DNA of 52,545 nucleotides, counting the filler, from Sphacelaria rigidula (Eukaryota), in NCBI GenBank assembly GCA_964200075.2. It is 4 parts of 4 records of this genome, joined end to end, with 100 filler letters (N's around TTAATTAATTAA, not from the genome) between each part and the next. Parts side by side here need not be neighbours in the genome. Positions count along the whole stretch, not along the records: positions 39,487 to 52,545 come from CAXNAA020003191.1; 3 more parts are not named here. One strand, written 5' to 3'. The position numbers and the translations under genes are program-made. This document shows, piece after piece, positions 48,993 to 52,545 of this stretch. The notes beneath the pieces are model-generated. The model ran no database searches. It was not told the origin of the DNA and saw only the letters and a list, made by a program, of their open reading frames with translations. The first letter of the stretch is position 1, and the number at the start of each line of letters is the position of its first letter.

Positions 48993-50266
48993 CGCTGGTG
49001 GTTTGATAGATCTCATCAGACGTCAACGGGACGACGTTATTATTGTAAATGCTCAGCTCATTTACACTGGGTGCAGTTCTACACATTTATACGAGAGTGT
49101 GATTTCACATATCTATGCAAGGTAGAATTTCACGTATTTTCCCTCGAGGTGTAACTGGAATCTTGTGGACGCCGCGATACCTGCACGGCCGTGAGCTCCT
49201 TCGCCCGAGATGATCCACGAGCTCCGGCGCTGTAGGCAATCGTCATCGCTTTCAGTCGGTTGAAGACTGCATACTGAATCGCCGGCTTCAAGCACAGTAC
49301 CACGTAGGCCTACGCCGCAACGGGAAAAATCGGGGAAGCCCACGTGAATCGAAGCGATTGTGGAAGACTAAATGGGCCGCTCAACATCGATCCCTTCATT
49401 CGGATGGAGAGAGGGAAAGGGGGGGTAAGACAGCCCTATGCACACACCAAACATTTCCACGGGCAGAAAGAAGGGCTATATGTGGCAGCAAGCAAACCGG
49501 GTGCGATTGGGAAGTGGGGGGGCTTGCTCCCGTCGTCGACAAAACGACACAAAAGTGATGTACACACGCGTACCACAACGTATGCGTCTCCCGCTTTTTC
49601 AAAAGCTGAAAATGCAAACACAAACCGACATAGAGCGCGAGCAGCTGCTGCTCTTGAACAAACTGTCACAGTAGGAATCAATATTCGTCGTCGAAACCTG
49701 CAATACCACGTGCTCGGCATTCTGGCTACACGACGGGCACCCCCAATATACGCAACCTTAGCGAATCTACAACGTGCCTACGGGGAGGCAAGGTGGCAGT
49801 CATATCGGATTGCGGGAGTCAATTTCAAAAGCATGCCTTTCCGTATCTAGGTTCCTTTCGCGAAGGTAACCTAAAACAAACAGAAGACATGAGCGCCCCC
49901 ACTCTAGAATCAAGATGAAACGGACAACAGCTGACGTGATTAGCTTTGGCTTCCACCGAGGGGCATAATGGTTGAAAGTGAAGATTCGACTGCGACCGAA
50001 TCCTGGGATCTCTACTGCAGGATGTTCCGCACATGATGAGTGTCAAGATTTGAACATATGGGACCCATGATAGCAACAAATTCGTAGTCTAAAGCATTCA
50101 ACGACACACTACCTGCCCAGACTCCAAATACATACTGTATTGGGGAACAAACCCTAACCTGTATTCCCTTGTAGAATCCACTTGGCCCGCTATCCGCCAA
50201 AATGCTCTGTATCACCGCGAAAGAACTGGTCTTATTTTTTGAGGTCATGATCTTCGTCAAGACCAC
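41630..50266 (-). CDS. Mitochondrial-carrier (SLC25) family protein, peroxisomal adenine-nucleotide/PMP34-like, 5' partial; exons 50266-50159, 49309-49181, 47035-46950, 45781-45688, 41743-41630
   Basis: Spliced peptide VVLTKIMT..SSFAVIQSILADSGPSGFYKGIQ|AYVVLCLKPAIQYAVFNRLK..ELTAVQ|AFVLGAISRAVATVLVFPYIRAKVIIMS(R)|AGATANKGKTPSILSSLLTILKEEGVSALFQ|GIAPEITRGVLSAALMLMMKEKIHAVVKGALLGQQKA* covers carrier repeats 2-3. PAIQY and PYIRAK are typical of the peroxisomal subfamily. All phases are compatible. Confidence 0.9.
43050..43290 (+). repeat. Copy of the MITE internal module ending in degenerate TTAGGG repeats
   Basis: Homologous to 22180-22390, 30650-30845, 47160-47381 and (minus strand) 29483-29705. 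Confidence 0.6.
43884..44191. repeat. 154-bp tandem duplication (2 copies)
   Basis: 43884-44037 versus 44038-44191; two substitutions by eye. Confidence 0.9.
44935..45230 (-). mobile_element. tRNA-derived SINE (family C)
   Basis: Head GCCCCCGGTGGTCTCATGGAAC...GGGTTCGATCCC; the 3' domain is similar to 46715-46860. Confidence 0.55.
46555..46862 (+). mobile_element. tRNA-derived SINE (family C)
   Basis: A-box TGGTGTAATGG and B-box GGTTCGATTCC. The 3' domain GACGCGGTAC..TGCTGAT..GAGACCA..CTCGTCCCCAGGAA recurs at 47470-47610 (-), 48150-48275 and 48370-48505. A-rich end. Confidence 0.6.
47127..47426. mobile_element. 300-bp piggyBac-type MITE containing telomere-like repeats
   Basis: TIRs CCACTTGATTGGATGGAACTTTCTCGGAA and TTCCGAGAAACTTCTTGTCCAACCACGTGG, flanked by TTCA and TTAA. 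Contains GGGTTGGGGTTGGGATTAGGGTTAGGGTTAG. Confidence 0.7.
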
Positions 50267-52545
50267 CTGTGCGCGCAGCCGTTCCACAGGGATACACAGG
50301 ACGGGTGTTCAACGCTCGAGCCAGAAAATGCTGCCCATGCGCCAAAACATCTACGCACAAAATGGAAACTGGTATGATCATTACACGTACGCGTGACAAC
50401 ACCGGGGCCACTATAGATTGAACCATCTTCAACGCACACGCGTTGGACGATAGTTTCGCCCTAGTCCACGCTAGCGCGGCATTACTGCTGTACTCTTGAC
50501 CACATTTCATCATCCCGGGTATGTGATCGTCAAATTCGGAGCAGTTGTCTGCACTTTGTCCAAGCACCCTTGCTTCCACTAACCTCAACAAATACACACA
50601 TCAAACATCAATGCCCGAGGTTTTCCGCGTAATTCGCAAGTTATGTAGATACCATAAGACGAGACACCCGCTAGTGGACATCACACCAAGGAATGGTGGC
50701 GATGGCGAACAGGATTACGCGCGACGTCTGTGTCGGGTCCAAGCGATACAGCAGGAACATACTAGTGGTCATCCCACACACCAGCCGGGAGCTCAGATAT
50801 TTCTCAGAGGAAGTTTACGCGAGGTATTTAGCGTTTGGCGGTGCATTGGTAGCGACAATAAATGTTACATCGGACTGCTGAAACATATCGTATCGTTTCC
50901 ATCACTGGTATCGATGGACGGGCGGTTGGGTCTGCCGTTCCCGGCTATGAAGCACAGTATGTCATGGTTTTCTCCTTCAATGATCATCGATGACACTGGA
51001 AAGTGACCAATATACCGACACATATGCTGCGGGTGGTGAGGAACAACGAGGAATCGTGCCTGCAACCCCCTCAGGATCCCCTAGAAATGGAGGCGTTGTT
51101 GAACCGACACAAGGTGAACGACTTTGGATCGATCATCCTCTCGGCCGGGCGCTCATATTGTCGGAGAATTCCCACCGTGTTGTTTGTAACTTGTGCAGGT
51201 ACTTGGCGTGTGCGGCTCGTTGCCCTTCAAACACCGACGCGGGGCAAGATCATACGGTGACATCAAAACACACTGGAAGCGAGTAAATTCGCACAAAAGG
51301 ACAGCCACTAGCGGAGACAATTGGAGAGTTCCTCGTTAGCGTACCTCTCTCCATACACACATCTTCCCGGATAGGAGCGGCGTGAGCCCTCAAGCGTTTG
51401 CCTTTGCGGTATCTACTTCATAGAGTTGACATAATATTGCGTAACGCCAACCATAGAACACCAACGACTAACCTTTGAGCAAGGCGTCACTTTCGCGAGA
51501 AAGATCTGGAGTTGAAAATACGCACTCGACTCAGATGCTGCCCCTAGAATACAGCCTTGAAATTACGAACCGGCGCACCTGCACTGGACTGCATCCACGT
51601 GCTGAGGTGTCTGCAGGTTGGGTCGAATGCGGTGAAATGCCTCAAGCGCACAATATCAACGGTCGCAAGTGTCAACCATAGAACAGCGCTTCTCCTGTCA
51701 AGATTGTCTGGCAGCCTTCCGTGCACTGTATGTCCACTCCCGTTTGTGCTCACTTTATTTTTCTCGACCCTTCCGGTCTGGAGTCGTAGAGAGAACATGG
51801 ATAATATGAAGACAGCCAACAACGTAAATGGCGGTGAACCCGTCACATCGAGAGCTCTTGGTCCACCACACATTCTTCTCGCTATCCATCTTTCTCCGCC
51901 AGGGACACGCCCCTCACACCGTTGCCACGAATAACTCAACAATACTGTACGGTAGCCGCTGAAAACTGCGTTCACATAACAAACCCGTGCCTCTACATAC
52001 GTGGGTGTGTTTACAGCAGCCGCGTGGGTTACACACACAGCACTGATTTTTCAATACCAAATGGAAGCTGTTTCGTGTTCGGCCGCCGCACGTTTACACA
52101 ATACACCAGATGCTGAGAACAAGGGGCTTCAGAAGGGCAAGTCGGAGCCTTCATCGCAGAAGGGAAAAATGAGAAGCAGCCGTGTGGATGCGTGCATGAT
52201 GTCTGCTGGGCGTCGAACCTAGTGCCTTCAAGCAGAGGGAGGACAGGCTGGTGAGTCACGGATATAAGCTACCAACCCACAACCACTTTTTTCTTTTGCA
52301 GGTTGGAGGTCACGATGAACTCGGGGGAGACTGAGAGGGCGTGAGGTTCTGACGGACCGATCCTCTCCTCGGAGTATGACGATACTCCGGTAACGGAGCA
52401 GGCAATGACCCGAGGCAACCAAAGTCTCGTTCCAGAGGAACGTCGCTGAATGCATACCGGAAAAACAACGAAACAACACTACGAGCTGGGCCAGCCTAGA
52501 GGCGGATTTGAAGTTTGCAGGCCCATGCTCTTTTATACATTTACA

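Noticed and set aside
48842-49075. Duplicated ~65-bp unit following poly-G tracts
   Set aside because: The copies flank an N gap and follow long G homopolymers, which is typical of low-quality contig-end overlap.
8194-50266. Apparent peroxisomal gene cluster (PTS1-bearing URAD plus peroxisomal-type carrier)
   Set aside because: The genes are on different contigs joined by artificial spacers, so their proximity reflects size sorting.
51575-51700. Additional upstream exon of the carrier gene
   Set aside because: It has AG/GT-like borders, but its only open frame lacks carrier motifs and its phase does not fit exon 50266.
1-52545. CRISPR arrays, rRNA genes, prokaryotic operons
   Set aside because: No repeat-spacer periodicity or rRNA signatures were seen, and the gene structure is spliceosomal.

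Overview
Eukaryotic, intron-rich, repeat-rich DNA, most consistent with a brown alga (Phaeophyceae); this is inferred from gene structure, TTAGGG-type repeats and repeat families. The window is not one locus. It is four contigs of descending length (1-13063, 13164-26225, 26326-39386, 39487-52545) joined by identical 100-bp N44-TTAATTAATTAA-N44 spacers. I reconstructed four partial spliced genes by hand, all with phase-compatible exons: the 3' end of a GRAM-domain protein (+); an OHCU decarboxylase (URAD) ending in a peroxisomal SRL signal (-); the 5' end of a CAMK-group Ser/Thr kinase (+); and the 3' part of a peroxisomal-type SLC25 carrier with a GC-AG intron (-). Contig 3 holds a full-length but inactivated Ty3/Gypsy chromovirus, with TG...TA LTRs, no tRNA primer site and a Tf1-like self-priming fold, plus a relic of a related element. 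The rest contains LINE 3' tails that insert into C-runs, tRNA-derived SINEs, TTAA-flanked piggyBac-type MITEs carrying telomere-like repeats, a Tc1/mariner-type TIR element, a possible decayed Pif1-type helicase and microsatellites. Most ORF-track entries are spurious.
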